A stretch of 64,000 nucleotides of DNA from Thermoplasmata archaeon (GCA_022750375.1 JAKIVU010000001.1:30695-94694), one strand, 5' to 3'; positions 1 through 8,784 are shown, counted from the stretch's first letter. Notes: generated by a model not told the origin, from the sequence alone. A program made the numbers and translations.

Positions 1-636
1 GCTCGGGTGAGCCGTGACTCCGAGGACGAGCGTCGCATCCTCCAGAACCAAGTCGACAACCTTCGGGCGTACTGCTCGAGAATCGGACTCTCCCTAACCG
101 AAGCAAACGAATTCGTCGAGATCGTTTCGGGAGGGAAGGACGACCGCCCCGAACTGAACCGTCTCCTCGCGGCCGCCAGTCTCCAACGAGGGCGGCCGTT
201 CGACGTCGTCGTGTTCACGAGCTTGAGCCGAATGACCAGGGGTGGGATCGGGAGCGCACTCTACATCCTCGACCGCCTTGCCGCCTCGAAGGTGAGCTGG
301 CACTTCGTGGATCAGCCGCTACTCAACTTCGATTCAAACACTCCAAAGCTCGCGAAGGACATCATCCTCAGCGTTCTCGCCGCCGTCGACGCGGACTACC
401 GCGACCGGATCTCCAAAGCGACGAGGGCGGCGTATCAGAGCCGAGTGAATCTTGCCGCCGGTTCCGGTACGACGGTTCGGTGGGGACGCCACAAGAAGAC
501 CTGCGTTTGCGAAAGGTGCGCGAAGCGACGCGGGGAAATGGGGTCCCCCCCTCTCCATTCTCGTCCGGGATCGGCTAAGGAAATAGGGGCTATTTCCCCG
601 ACAGCGACCCAACCCCTATCGGCTCTTCGGACGTGA
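1..636 (+). CDS. Small serine recombinase (resolvase/invertase family), 5' truncated by the window
   Basis: Frame reads ARVS from nt 1 (catalytic (Y)ARVS), then EIVSGGKDDRPEL, LSRMTR and E-helix RISKATRAAY...WGR; ends in HxxxCxCxxC instead of an HTH. Confidence 0.9.
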   Translation, partial: ARVSRDSEDERRILQNQVDNLRAYCSRIGLSLTEANEFVEIVSGGKDDRPELNRLLAAASLQRGRPFDVVVFTSLSRMTRGGIGSALYILDRLAASKVSWHFVDQPLLNFDSNTPKLAKDIILSVLAAVDADYRDRISKATRAAYQSRVNLAAGSGTTVRWGRHKKTCVCERCAKRRGEMGSPPLHSRPGSAKEIGAISPTATQPLSALRT

Positions 637-890
637 TACCACCGATGGGGAACGTCTACGTCGCGGTCGGGTTCGCGGCGTTCGCGTCGGTCCTCGAGAT
701 CGTCCTCGTCGTGCTATCCGAGCCACTCTTCATCTTGGTCACGGTCGGTCTCGTACTCGTCGCGACGGACTTGCTATTCGTCAGCTGGCATCCTTACGCG
801 GTCCTCACGAGCCTCGGGATCTACATCTTCGCCGTGATCGTCGGTCTCGTCGGTTTCAGCGTGCTCGACCTCATTCTCAACGTGGTTTGA
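633..890 (+). CDS. Small 3-TM membrane protein
   Basis: Three hydrophobic segments; GTGA overlap with the recombinase stop. Confidence 0.6.
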   Translation: MIPPMGNVYVAVGFAAFASVLEIVLVVLSEPLFILVTVGLVLVATDLLFVSWHPYAVLTSLGIYIFAVIVGLVGFSVLDLILNVV

Positions 891-1255
891 GGGAGCACGA
901 AGGAACGATGAGCTTCGAAAAGGGATCCGTCCACATCGAGATCGGTTGGGCCGAACTCTCGCAAGATTCAGACCCCGAGACCAGAGTGATGCGACTCGCG
1001 ATCGACGAAATCCAGGGGAAGTTCCACTACGCCGATGACGAAGCCCAGTACGTCGCCGATGACCCGGGGTTTCAAGAGTCCTGCCGGAACGCAGTTCGTG
1101 AGGCTCGTCGCCGGCAGTATCGACTCGATCGAAAGGCTCAGCCGTTGCCGGCGGGCACCGTTCCGAACCCGGCCGCCCAGCGCTTCCGAGTCAAGATCAC
1201 TTTTCCCCGTCCCGGGACGAGAGGGATTTTTCAGAGGGTCTTGACAGAGGACTAG
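887..1255 (+). CDS. Hypothetical protein
   Basis: 4-nt overlap with upstream ORF; plausible composition; alternative start ATG 908. Confidence 0.45.
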   Translation: MREHEGTMSFEKGSVHIEIGWAELSQDSDPETRVMRLAIDEIQGKFHYADDEAQYVADDPGFQESCRNAVREARRRQYRLDRKAQPLPAGTVPNPAAQRFRVKITFPRPGTRGIFQRVLTED

Positions 1256-1294
1256 TTCGCCGGTACCTGTGAGCGGGACGCGATCTCCGTTCGA

Positions 1295-2230
1295 TCACTC
1301 GTCCGTCTCGGTCTCCGGCACGGACCTAATCCCCTTCGGTCCCCTGGCTCCGGCTAACGAAACGATCGCGGCTCGGTTAGCGATTTCGTAGGCCCGCTTG
1401 ATCAGTTCCGGAACGAGACCTTCGAACTCATCGATGTGTTCGCGTAACGACTTCGCGAATGCCGGAAGCGCCCGTTCGGTGGCGACCTGGACCAGGATCG
1501 ACGGCTCGGAGAAACCGATCCGCTCAACGAGGATCGAGGCGTAGCCGGGTCCGGCCTTTAGTTCGAAGTCATCACCATCGCCGAGCCGAACCTCGAACAA
1601 CTCCCCATCGAGGACGAGGACCGGGAGAACCAGTCCTCGGTTTGCGGCGCCGCCCTGTGTCGACAGAATCGCGAGAGCCGCGTCGATTACCTGAGCGACC
1701 TTATCTCGCCAGGGTTCGTCCGCCTCGGGCAAATCGTCCTTAGCCTCCCGGTCCTTTGACTTGCCGGCGTGGAATCCAACTTGCCGGATCCCGTACCCGA
1801 ATGGTGATGGGAACGTGATTAAGTTCGGCGGAACGCCCTCCTCGTCCAGGTACTCAGCGATTGCCTTCCCCATGTAGTAGGACGCCCCGGTCCAGAGCCT
1901 GGCGTCCCATTCGGCGAAGAGGCTCGAGTCCGGACCATCGTGCGGGAAGATGATCCACGGTTGGTCCGCCGAGTAGACGCACTCGAACACGCAGTTTACG
2001 GTGAACTCGACGTCGGGCGATCCCCGATGAAGGACGTCCTGCGTCCGAATGTCAATCTCGCGGAACTTGCCGGTCGACTCGCTCCGGTAGCTCGGCCACC
2101 GAGACACGTCCGAGAATCCAGCCTGCCGGAGTGTGCGAGCAGTTCGAATCTCGAGAGGATACCCGGTCTTTCTGAGCCAAGCCTCGGCCATCTTCTGCAG
2201 GTCTTCGGTCGAGGGACGCACAGTCGACAT
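1295..2230 (-). CDS. PD-(D/E)xK restriction-endonuclease-fold protein
   Basis: GYPLE...TGKFREIDI...FECVYS..PW pattern typical of REase-fold nucleases; EC-K lysine replaced by V. Confidence 0.65.
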   Translation of the reverse strand: MSTVRPSTEDLQKMAEAWLRKTGYPLEIRTARTLRQAGFSDVSRWPSYRSESTGKFREIDIRTQDVLHRGSPDVEFTVNCVFECVYSADQPWIIFPHDGPDSSLFAEWDARLWTGASYYMGKAIAEYLDEEGVPPNLITFPSPFGYGIRQVGFHAGKSKDREAKDDLPEADEPWRDKVAQVIDAALAILSTQGGAANRGLVLPVLVLDGELFEVRLGDGDDFELKAGPGYASILVERIGFSEPSILVQVATERALPAFAKSLREHIDEFEGLVPELIKRAYEIANRAAIVSLAGARGPKGIRSVPETETDE

Positions 2231-2317
2231 GGGTCGTGCCCGAGCCCGGAGAAGGTAGACGCCCGCATTCAGTTTGCGGGCGGCCCGTCTGTGGTAAGAA
2301 TCGGACCGTCGAGGTCG

Positions 2318-2848
2318 CTAGAGTCGAAATTTGTTGGAGACCTCTATCGGGAACGGACCCAGGTTGTACTGCCTTCCGTTGAAACTGTCGAGGTAGATGA
2401 AAATCAAAATCTCAGTAGTTCCCTCCCTCTTCGGCAATAATGAGACCTCAAGCTCCTGTTGGTCACGCCCGCTGAGAGGGAAGGTGGTGACCGGCTGATT
2501 GCTCGGGTGCAGAAGAATCTCGGCTGGCCCGAGAAGGTCTCCGTAATAGATCGCCGAAGGGTCCTTTTTCCTGGTTCGGGGAGGATCACCGTACCCCACT
2601 CCGACCGTCCTCGTTTGGCGGCCAAGGTTGTCGACCCTAAGCTGGAAGTGGACCCGTGACTGAGGGTGTACGTTCAGGTGTTTCGAGAGAACCGTAGTCC
2701 GGAGAACGTCTCCGGTACGCTCGGCCCATCTCGTTCGGAGATACTCGCCACCACCCGCCAAGATGAAAATGATGACCGAGACGATCAATCCGACGATGAA
2801 GTAAACTAAGTCAGCCGTCCCGCCCCCAAAGCTGCCAGTATCGGTCAC
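2318..2848 (-). CDS. Membrane-anchored protein with an Ig-like beta-sandwich
   Basis: N-terminal TM helix, then FQLRVDNLG...LEVSLLPKREGTTEILIFIY; GTG 2848 start inferred. Confidence 0.6.
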   Translation of the reverse strand: MTDTGSFGGGTADLVYFIVGLIVSVIIFILAGGGEYLRTRWAERTGDVLRTTVLSKHLNVHPQSRVHFQLRVDNLGRQTRTVGVGYGDPPRTRKKDPSAIYYGDLLGPAEILLHPSNQPVTTFPLSGRDQQELEVSLLPKREGTTEILIFIYLDSFNGRQYNLGPFPIEVSNKFRL

Positions 2849-2867
2849 GAGCCCACCGGATGATGGT

Positions 2868-3788
2868 TCAAGGAACTGGCCGGGTTCGCTTCCTGCGGGT
2901 CTTCGGAGCACTCGAAGGTTTCAGAGGACGGAGCGGCTTCGCCCGAGCGATGGCCCTCGCCGGTGCGGCGAAGGCCGGCTCGATCTGACTCCACGTCGCT
3001 CTGACCTTGGCCTCCACGGTAGGCTCGTCCAAGCTGGCGGTGAGTCGGTTGATCCCGTCGAACAGGTCACCCAACCCGATCACTTTTGAGATTTCGCGTA
3101 ACTCGCTCTCGTCGGGCATCGTGAACAATATTCCACCATACTTTCGGAGTCCGTCGGCTACGCCTTGAAGTGTTTTGGGAAACGGAAGCCCCTCCGGCAG
3201 CTTTTCGGGGATGCTTGTTAGCGGGGCGTCGAGTAGACTGAGGAAGACGATCGGGCGAACCGAACCCTCAGTCGTGAGCATCAGCATGGTCTTCGGGGGG
3301 AGTCTGCCATCAGCCCGAAGTAGGCCGATGGCCTTCGATAGTTGAGTCGTGTCGTCCAGCTCGACCTTCGTCATACTCTCGAGCAGGGTCCCTATCGACA
3401 GATCTGCGTCGGCAAGCGGCTCTCCGGTCTTGACCTCAGTGTGGGGAACAAGGTCAGCCGGAACGAGGAAGCCCTCGGCGGCCTCCCGCCGGAGCTTCGG
3501 AGTCAGGAACCTTGCCAGGGGCTCGTCGAGAGTCCCGGACTTCAGACTCTCGATCAGGGTCTCCTTGTCCACGCGCGCGATCCGACCGACGCCTTTCGCT
3601 TCGAGGTGGATATCTCCGGTCGGGTGGATTGAGAGTTTCAGAGGGTTCGGAACCAAACCGGGCATCATGAAGACGTAAAGACTCTCGTCGCGCGCCCGAA
3701 CAGTCTTCGTGAGTCGAAGCCCCAGTGGCGGAGAACCGTCCTTCGGCGGATTCGCCACAATCCGAAAGTCACTCTTGTCCTTGACCAT
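2868..3788 (-). CDS. Hypothetical protein (KLSIHPTGDIHL motif)
   Basis: 306-aa ORF with GGAGGA RBS upstream of ATG 3788. Confidence 0.7.
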   Translation of the reverse strand: MVKDKSDFRIVANPPKDGSPPLGLRLTKTVRARDESLYVFMMPGLVPNPLKLSIHPTGDIHLEAKGVGRIARVDKETLIESLKSGTLDEPLARFLTPKLRREAAEGFLVPADLVPHTEVKTGEPLADADLSIGTLLESMTKVELDDTTQLSKAIGLLRADGRLPPKTMLMLTTEGSVRPIVFLSLLDAPLTSIPEKLPEGLPFPKTLQGVADGLRKYGGILFTMPDESELREISKVIGLGDLFDGINRLTASLDEPTVEAKVRATWSQIEPAFAAPARAIARAKPLRPLKPSSAPKTRRKRTRPVP

Positions 3789-3807
3789 CGCTTCTCCTCC
3801 CGAATCG

Positions 3808-4350
3808 CTACCGATCGAGACAGAACGTCGACTTGTTCTTCCGAACGATATCATCCGAATAATGACCTCCCCGGTTAGCCGGAGAAGCGACTACCCGGTA
3901 CGCGACGTGCCCGAACCGTTGTTCTGCGTTCCGAATCTTCGCGGTGAGATCGGGAGCCCAGTTCTTTCCTCCCCATCTCGCCGACACCTTGTTCTGCCCG
4001 CTCCTGAGCCACTCGATGACCATGCCGTCTCCTATGATCTCGAGGTTCTCGCCCGAACGAGCGGGCCGATTTTTCTCGAGTGCATAATAAACCGCGACGA
4101 AATCCGAACCCTCGTTTCCCTTCATGTACGACCCTTTGGCTGCTTGATCGAACGGAGCAAGGTCGAAGTTGACGATGTCGCTCATGGCAAGCGTGGTGTG
4201 AGACTGAAGAAACTCCCGCTCAACGGGGACGGATACAGACTCAAGCTCCGGCTCCATGGTCTCGGCCACGAAGACCATCACTCGTTCTCCGGGATCGGGG
4301 CTACCAGATGGTCCGGAGTCGACCCAAATCCGTCGTGGGCGTGGCGGCAT
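3808..4350 (-). CDS. Divergent RNase HI-like protein
   Basis: IWVDSG, NEGSDFVAVYYALE, LEIIGDGMVIEWL and FGHVAYRVVASPAN align in order with archaeal RNase HI motifs (DG, NNxAEY.AL..ALE, I.GDS.LV, W.PRE.N..AD). Confidence 0.6.
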   Translation of the reverse strand: MPPRPRRIWVDSGPSGSPDPGERVMVFVAETMEPELESVSVPVEREFLQSHTTLAMSDIVNFDLAPFDQAAKGSYMKGNEGSDFVAVYYALEKNRPARSGENLEIIGDGMVIEWLRSGQNKVSARWGGKNWAPDLTAKIRNAEQRFGHVAYRVVASPANRGGHYSDDIVRKNKSTFCLDR

Positions 4351-4436
4351 GCTCTGACGGCGTAATCCTCGGTTGGCTATTCAAACACCCGGTCGCCGGG
4401 CGTCAAGTGCTTTAGGAGGAACCGGAGTCGGGAGGC

Positions 4437-4919
4437 ATGGATTGGGCCTCATTTGCGGAAGGGTTAGTCGCCGGGGTCCTCCTAACCACCGTAAGCGGCT
4501 TCCTCGTGAACTTTCTGCAACCGCTCGCCCTTCACTACGGGAAGAAGCTCCTCCCGTCGAAGCCGGCACAGAAGCAACAAGTGAAGGCCGAGATCGAACG
4601 CGAAGGCCCAAAGGCCGACTTCGACCTTGTCGAATCAGTAGCAAAGATTGTTGGTACCGCGCTGCAAGAGTTCGTCACAGAGATGGAACCGTTCTTCTCC
4701 GCGTGGATCCAGGCGACCAGTGGCTTCGCGACCGGCGTGAGCGCGATCGTTGTGGCCGCAGAGTTCCTCTCGGTCCTCCTGATCGGTGAGTACCTCGGCG
4801 TCGACGTTGTCGGGCTTGTGCTCGGCCTGGCCGCGAGCGTGATGGTTGTAGGGGCGATCGAAGTCGGGCTCGCAGAGCGGATGTTTCGGAAGGCGAAACT
4901 CGGACCGAACCCGAAGTAG
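4437..4919 (+). CDS. Membrane protein (~3 TM)
   Basis: GGAGG RBS; N-terminal TM plus C-terminal TM hairpin. Confidence 0.65.
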   Translation: MDWASFAEGLVAGVLLTTVSGFLVNFLQPLALHYGKKLLPSKPAQKQQVKAEIEREGPKADFDLVESVAKIVGTALQEFVTEMEPFFSAWIQATSGFATGVSAIVVAAEFLSVLLIGEYLGVDVVGLVLGLAASVMVVGAIEVGLAERMFRKAKLGPNPK

Positions 4920-4952
4920 GACCAATTCGGCAGGTTGCGGGAGGACATCCAG

Positions 4953-5801
4953 ATGAATTTCGACTTTCGACCACGGAACCTGGATGAGGTGCTGGGCCAG
5001 CCCAAGGCCGTCGCGATCCTGCGCAAGGTTGTCGCGTCGCTCAACCGGGGCGTGTCACCGTCAAACGCACTTTTCTTCGAAGGCCCGCCCGGTACCGGTA
5101 AGACTAGCACCGCGTATGCACTCGCGGGCGAGATAACGAACTCAACCGTCTGGGAGCGGAACTGTGGGGAGTCGACTGCCGTCAGTCTTCGTGAGGAGCT
5201 AGAGTCAATCGCTGGTCATCGGGACTGGAATGACGGCAACTCTCGGCTGATCGTTCTCCTTGACGAGTTCGAGCGGATCACGAAGAATGATCGGATTTCG
5301 CTTCGAAGGCCCCTCGAGCTGGCTGCCTCCCATGCACTCATTGTGATAACGGCGAACGAAGAGATTGGTGATCCCGGCCTCGAGTCTCGAACTCGGCTCG
5401 TCGAGTTTGTTCGACTTGACGATGGGGCCAGTCGCGCCCTTATCGCTCGAGTGTCCTCGCGTCTCGGTCTCCGTCCTTCGGAGGCAGCGATTCTATCCGT
5501 CATTCGGGACAGCAAAGGGGACGGGCGGGCGATTCTCGACAACATCCGAATAGTCGAAGAGGACCTCCTCGCCGAGCCCATGCCGGCACCATCTGCCGAA
5601 GAACCGCTCGGTCGGTCGAAGGGGGGTCGGAAGAGGGCCGACGTCGACGCTGAGCGATGTGCCGAGCTTCGACGACAGGGAATGTCGTGGACGCAGATTG
5701 GCAAGTCGGTGGGTCACCCGGCGTCCACGGTACGAGATCGTGTGCTCGAAAAGTACCCCGACCTAGCGGGAACCCCCTCCGGGAACCCTTCCGGAAACTA
5801 G
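4953..5801 (+). CDS. RFC/clamp-loader-like AAA+ ATPase fused to a C-terminal resolvase-type HTH
   Basis: RPRNLDEVLGQ (RFC box), GPPGTGKT, LLDEFE, SRT, GDGR; C-terminus GGRKR..VD...AELRRQGMSWTQIGKSVGHPASTVRDR; GGAGGA RBS before ATG 4953. Confidence 0.85.
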   Translation: MNFDFRPRNLDEVLGQPKAVAILRKVVASLNRGVSPSNALFFEGPPGTGKTSTAYALAGEITNSTVWERNCGESTAVSLREELESIAGHRDWNDGNSRLIVLLDEFERITKNDRISLRRPLELAASHALIVITANEEIGDPGLESRTRLVEFVRLDDGASRALIARVSSRLGLRPSEAAILSVIRDSKGDGRAILDNIRIVEEDLLAEPMPAPSAEEPLGRSKGGRKRADVDAERCAELRRQGMSWTQIGKSVGHPASTVRDRVLEKYPDLAGTPSGNPSGN

Positions 5802-5846
5802 CGAATCGGGGTTTCCGGAGGGGATTCCGGTATAGGTTTCCGGAGA
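5768..5846. repeat. Cluster of direct and inverted TCCGG(A/G)AAC repeats
   Basis: cccctccgggaac, cccttccggaaac, then inverted gtttccggagggg, attccgg and gtttccggag. Confidence 0.75.
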
Positions 5847-6016
5847 GCGGTCAGGCCCGCCTCCGTTCGGTCCGTTCCTTCCGGCTACGCGACGGGTCTA
5901 TCGCCTCTCGACTCTGATGTAACGTCTCACCCGGTCGGACCCCGGAGACGAGAGGACATCCGGTGAGTCGACCCTCCACGGGGAATCTGTCGATGGGGTT
6001 TCTTCCTGGCATCGAG

Positions 6017-6829
6017 CTACCTCTTCGCCGTCCGAAGGGCAACCTTCGCTCGATTGCAGAGAAGGCGGACGGCTGCGCGGGACACCCGAATTCTCTTTTC
6101 GTCAAGGAAGACCTCGACGTCACCCATCGAAAGCCTGGTCAGACCCCTCTCCTCGGCCCAAGCAACACACTCGGCGACTAGCGGTTCGATTCGGGTCCGC
6201 TCTTCTTCGGCAAGGCTCGCACTCAGGTCCATCGATAAGTCGTCTGCGATTTTCTGGACCAGAAGATCGAGAGGAGAGCCATCGTGAGGAACTCCCGGGA
6301 ATAATCCGGCCGCCGGGGCTGGTAGCTCTAACTTCGTGGAGAGGAATCGGCGGAAACCCTGTTCGATAGAGAATCGACTCGTCTCGAGCGGGCCCGGGCG
6401 CTGTTTCATCCCGGCGACGAACTCCTGAACGAACTCGTCTTTCCGAGTAGTCAGCGTCTCGAGAGCCCCCGAGTTGTCGGTATTGGGTTGCTCGTCGGCC
6501 TCTTCTTCGTCGATCCCCGCCCATTCGGCGGTCTTCAGTAAGACATGGAATTCGCCGTCAAACAGGAAGGCGAGTTCGACGAGCCAAGTCTCCCCGACGT
6601 GCTTCGCCCGCTCCGGATTCTCGTCGCCTTGACCAACTATCGCCTCGTTCAGGTATAGTACTTTGGCCCCGATCTTCTTCGCGAGAGTCAGAAATTCGGT
6701 CGCGTCCTCGCCCGACCAAGTTACAGCCTCCTCGGTCGGGAGGTTCCCTCGGAAAGGGAAGATTGGAAGCTCGGCCGCCTTACGCACATCGTCGGCGAGT
6801 TCGCTTAGGGTTCCACGATCCTTGGCCAC
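6017..6829 (-). CDS. Hypothetical protein
   Basis: Protein-like portion of ORF 6017..7279 from GTG 6829; acidic linker separating two domains. Confidence 0.65.
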   Translation of the reverse strand: MAKDRGTLSELADDVRKAAELPIFPFRGNLPTEEAVTWSGEDATEFLTLAKKIGAKVLYLNEAIVGQGDENPERAKHVGETWLVELAFLFDGEFHVLLKTAEWAGIDEEEADEQPNTDNSGALETLTTRKDEFVQEFVAGMKQRPGPLETSRFSIEQGFRRFLSTKLELPAPAAGLFPGVPHDGSPLDLLVQKIADDLSMDLSASLAEEERTRIEPLVAECVAWAEERGLTRLSMGDVEVFLDEKRIRVSRAAVRLLCNRAKVALRTAKR

Positions 6830-7017
6830 GGTATCAAACCCGGAATGGCAGACTTCCCCTTCAAGCGCTCGGTCGGGAACTGCCCCGTCGATGACCTGGC
6901 CGCCGATACCGATGTTGAGGGCTTGGAGAAACTCGGGCGATAGACTCGAAAGGGCGAGGCGCTCAAGAGAATGCGGCTCTATCTCGACCTCAGCGTCGAC
7001 ACAGGAATCCGGCTGGA

Positions 7018-7809
7018 CTACACGTCCCAAAAGAACGGAGGCGCTGAATGCTTCGCCCGCTCGATCATCTCCTGGATAGATGGCAACTTGCCGAAATCGA
7101 CGGTCGGCGGCGTCATGATCCACCAAACTCGCTGCCCGGATAACCTCGCAGCCGGGGATGTGACGTCGCGGACCCGATAACGGGCGGTATGAAGGTCTCG
7201 ATTGAAAACGTCGCGCGACTCGATCTCGACGATATAATCCATCGCCGGGTAGGGCGACTGGATCGTAACGTCCCACCACTCGTCCGGGTCGGGATCGAGG
7301 TACGTCCGGTATGCCCCAACAGTACCCGTCGTCGGCGCCTTGAGATTCGCCTTACGGACGAGCGCCTTTGCTTCGACAGTTTCCGGGAACATGAACCATG
7401 TAAACTTGACGTCCTTCGCGACCCCCGGTCCTAGGTTTCGAATTGCCAGTCTGGGGCCTTCCAAGCCGGGGCCAGTTGTCGGGCCAGGCGGACCGGCTCC
7501 AAGAGCTAGAGTAGCGAGCACCGGACTCGGTCGATGAGAGGCCCTGGTTGTGTCGATCGAGCTGACCGCGGAGACGAGTCCAGCGAATGCCAGCGCAAGC
7601 GTCCCGGTAGCGAGCAACGCCTCGACCTGGTCCGAGATTGAAACCGGCGGTAACCAACCCGCGGGCCAGTGCCAACCCGCATCGAGACCGAAAATCAGAG
7701 CGACAATCTGACCGATGATTGCGAGACCTAGGATCGCAGCGAACTGCGCCCGGTTTTTGTAGAGCCACTCGTCGGCTTCCCGACGACCGAGCCAATCCCA
7801 GAGTCCCAC
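7018..7809 (-). CDS. 2-TM membrane protein with a C-terminal Ig-like domain
   Basis: Two TM helices, then LAIRNLGPGVAKDVKF and YIVEIESRDVF beta pattern. Confidence 0.7.
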   Translation of the reverse strand: MGLWDWLGRREADEWLYKNRAQFAAILGLAIIGQIVALIFGLDAGWHWPAGWLPPVSISDQVEALLATGTLALAFAGLVSAVSSIDTTRASHRPSPVLATLALGAGPPGPTTGPGLEGPRLAIRNLGPGVAKDVKFTWFMFPETVEAKALVRKANLKAPTTGTVGAYRTYLDPDPDEWWDVTIQSPYPAMDYIVEIESRDVFNRDLHTARYRVRDVTSPAARLSGQRVWWIMTPPTVDFGKLPSIQEMIERAKHSAPPFFWDV

Positions 7810-8047
7810 GTCGGCCGATTGGTGCCACCGACTTCAACCTGCCGCCGGCCTCGTCCCAGCCGAACGGAGGCGTCGGCTGTCGGAGGTGGCCGATCCGACT
7901 ACAGGGACCCGGTTTAATCCCGCACTGACCCCCAAATCGACGGCGTGGCGGGTTTTGACCCCAAAAACGGGGTGTGGGGCCCCCCGAGTCCAGAGACGAC
8001 CCCGTGTGGGTCTATTCTCGTCCCTTCCGGACCATGGGGGCCTTCGC

Positions 8048-8260
8048 TTACGGTTCGCGATTGCCGCGCTTGGCGGCCTCGTAAACGACGCCGATGATGA
8101 CAGCTGCGGCGAGCCAGCAGAGAAGCGCGAAAACGAGCGGCGAGACCCCGATTTCGGACGCGAGCCCTTCGGATAGTGTACGGTCGAACAGGAGCCAAAG
8201 TTCGATTGCGACCACCACGACGAAGACGAACGCGAAGCCGACCCAATCCGCCAGGCCCAC
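8048..8260 (-). CDS. Small 2-TM protein
   Basis: Two hydrophobic helices and a basic tail; GTG start inferred. Confidence 0.5.
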   Translation of the reverse strand: MGLADWVGFAFVFVVVVAIELWLLFDRTLSEGLASEIGVSPLVFALLCWLAAAVIIGVVYEAAKRGNREP

Positions 8261-8366
8261 AGACTGCCCAAGATGGATTCGAATACTGGACTTTGAAGGT
8301 ACTGTTCGATGATCGGAGGTCGTCGGGCGTTTGCAGGCCTTAGAATCGTCAGCGAGAACCTTGGGA

Positions 8367-8432
8367 TTATGGCGGGACCGCTTTCCCGCAGTAGGAACAG
8401 AACCCGCCGGCCCTCTGGCCCCCCACTCCCCC
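8367..8432 (-). pseudogene. Remnant of a paralog of the zinc-ribbon gene at 9241-9624
   Basis: GGQRAGGFCSYCGKAVPP* vs GGQMAGGFCSYCGKPVPR*; mostly synonymous differences; upstream homology lost. Confidence 0.7.
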
Positions 8433-8538
8433 AGGCGGGGCTGATTCGAATGGTCGGTGACGCTGCGCGAGACTTTCGCCGATGACTGGTCCCCACGGAG
8501 TTCCCGTGGCATTCATACGCAGAAGGAGATACCCTCGC

Positions 8539-8784
8539 ATGGCCCGAAAGCGATTCGCGTACATTTCTAGCGGCGACACGGCCTTCAAGCTCGGCGTCAA
8601 GGGGATTGAGATCTACATCTCGGCCGCCGATCACCCGAACAAGAAGGAGGCAGTAGTTGGAACGCTCTTCGTCGCGAAGGCGGGGATTCGTTGGCTCCCG
8701 AAGAGAGGGAAGGCAGTCCTCAAGGGAAAGCACGTGGCGGGCTACAAAATCTCTTGGGACGAACTGACCGCGATGGTCCCGTAG
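8539..8784 (+). CDS. Small basic hypothetical protein (81 aa)
   Basis: AGGAG RBS; GTLFVAKAGIRW...ISWDEL beta-rich pattern. Confidence 0.65.
   Translation: MARKRFAYISSGDTAFKLGVKGIEIYISAADHPNKKEAVVGTLFVAKAGIRWLPKRGKAVLKGKHVAGYKISWDELTAMVP

Noticed and set aside
1-1255. IS607-family element
   Set aside because: No tnpB follows, and the recombinase has a resolvase-type E-helix/GR hinge; the N-terminus is outside the window so this cannot be fully excluded
4935-4970. Clamp-binding-like motif QMNFDF at the AAA+ N-terminus
   Set aside because: The GGAGGA RBS indicates a start at ATG 4953, which excludes the Q
5786-5823. Chromosomal ORB/oriC
   Set aside because: TTCCGGAAAC only loosely resembles the ORB core (TTCCAGTGGAAAC), and there is no cdc6 or AT-rich unwinding element
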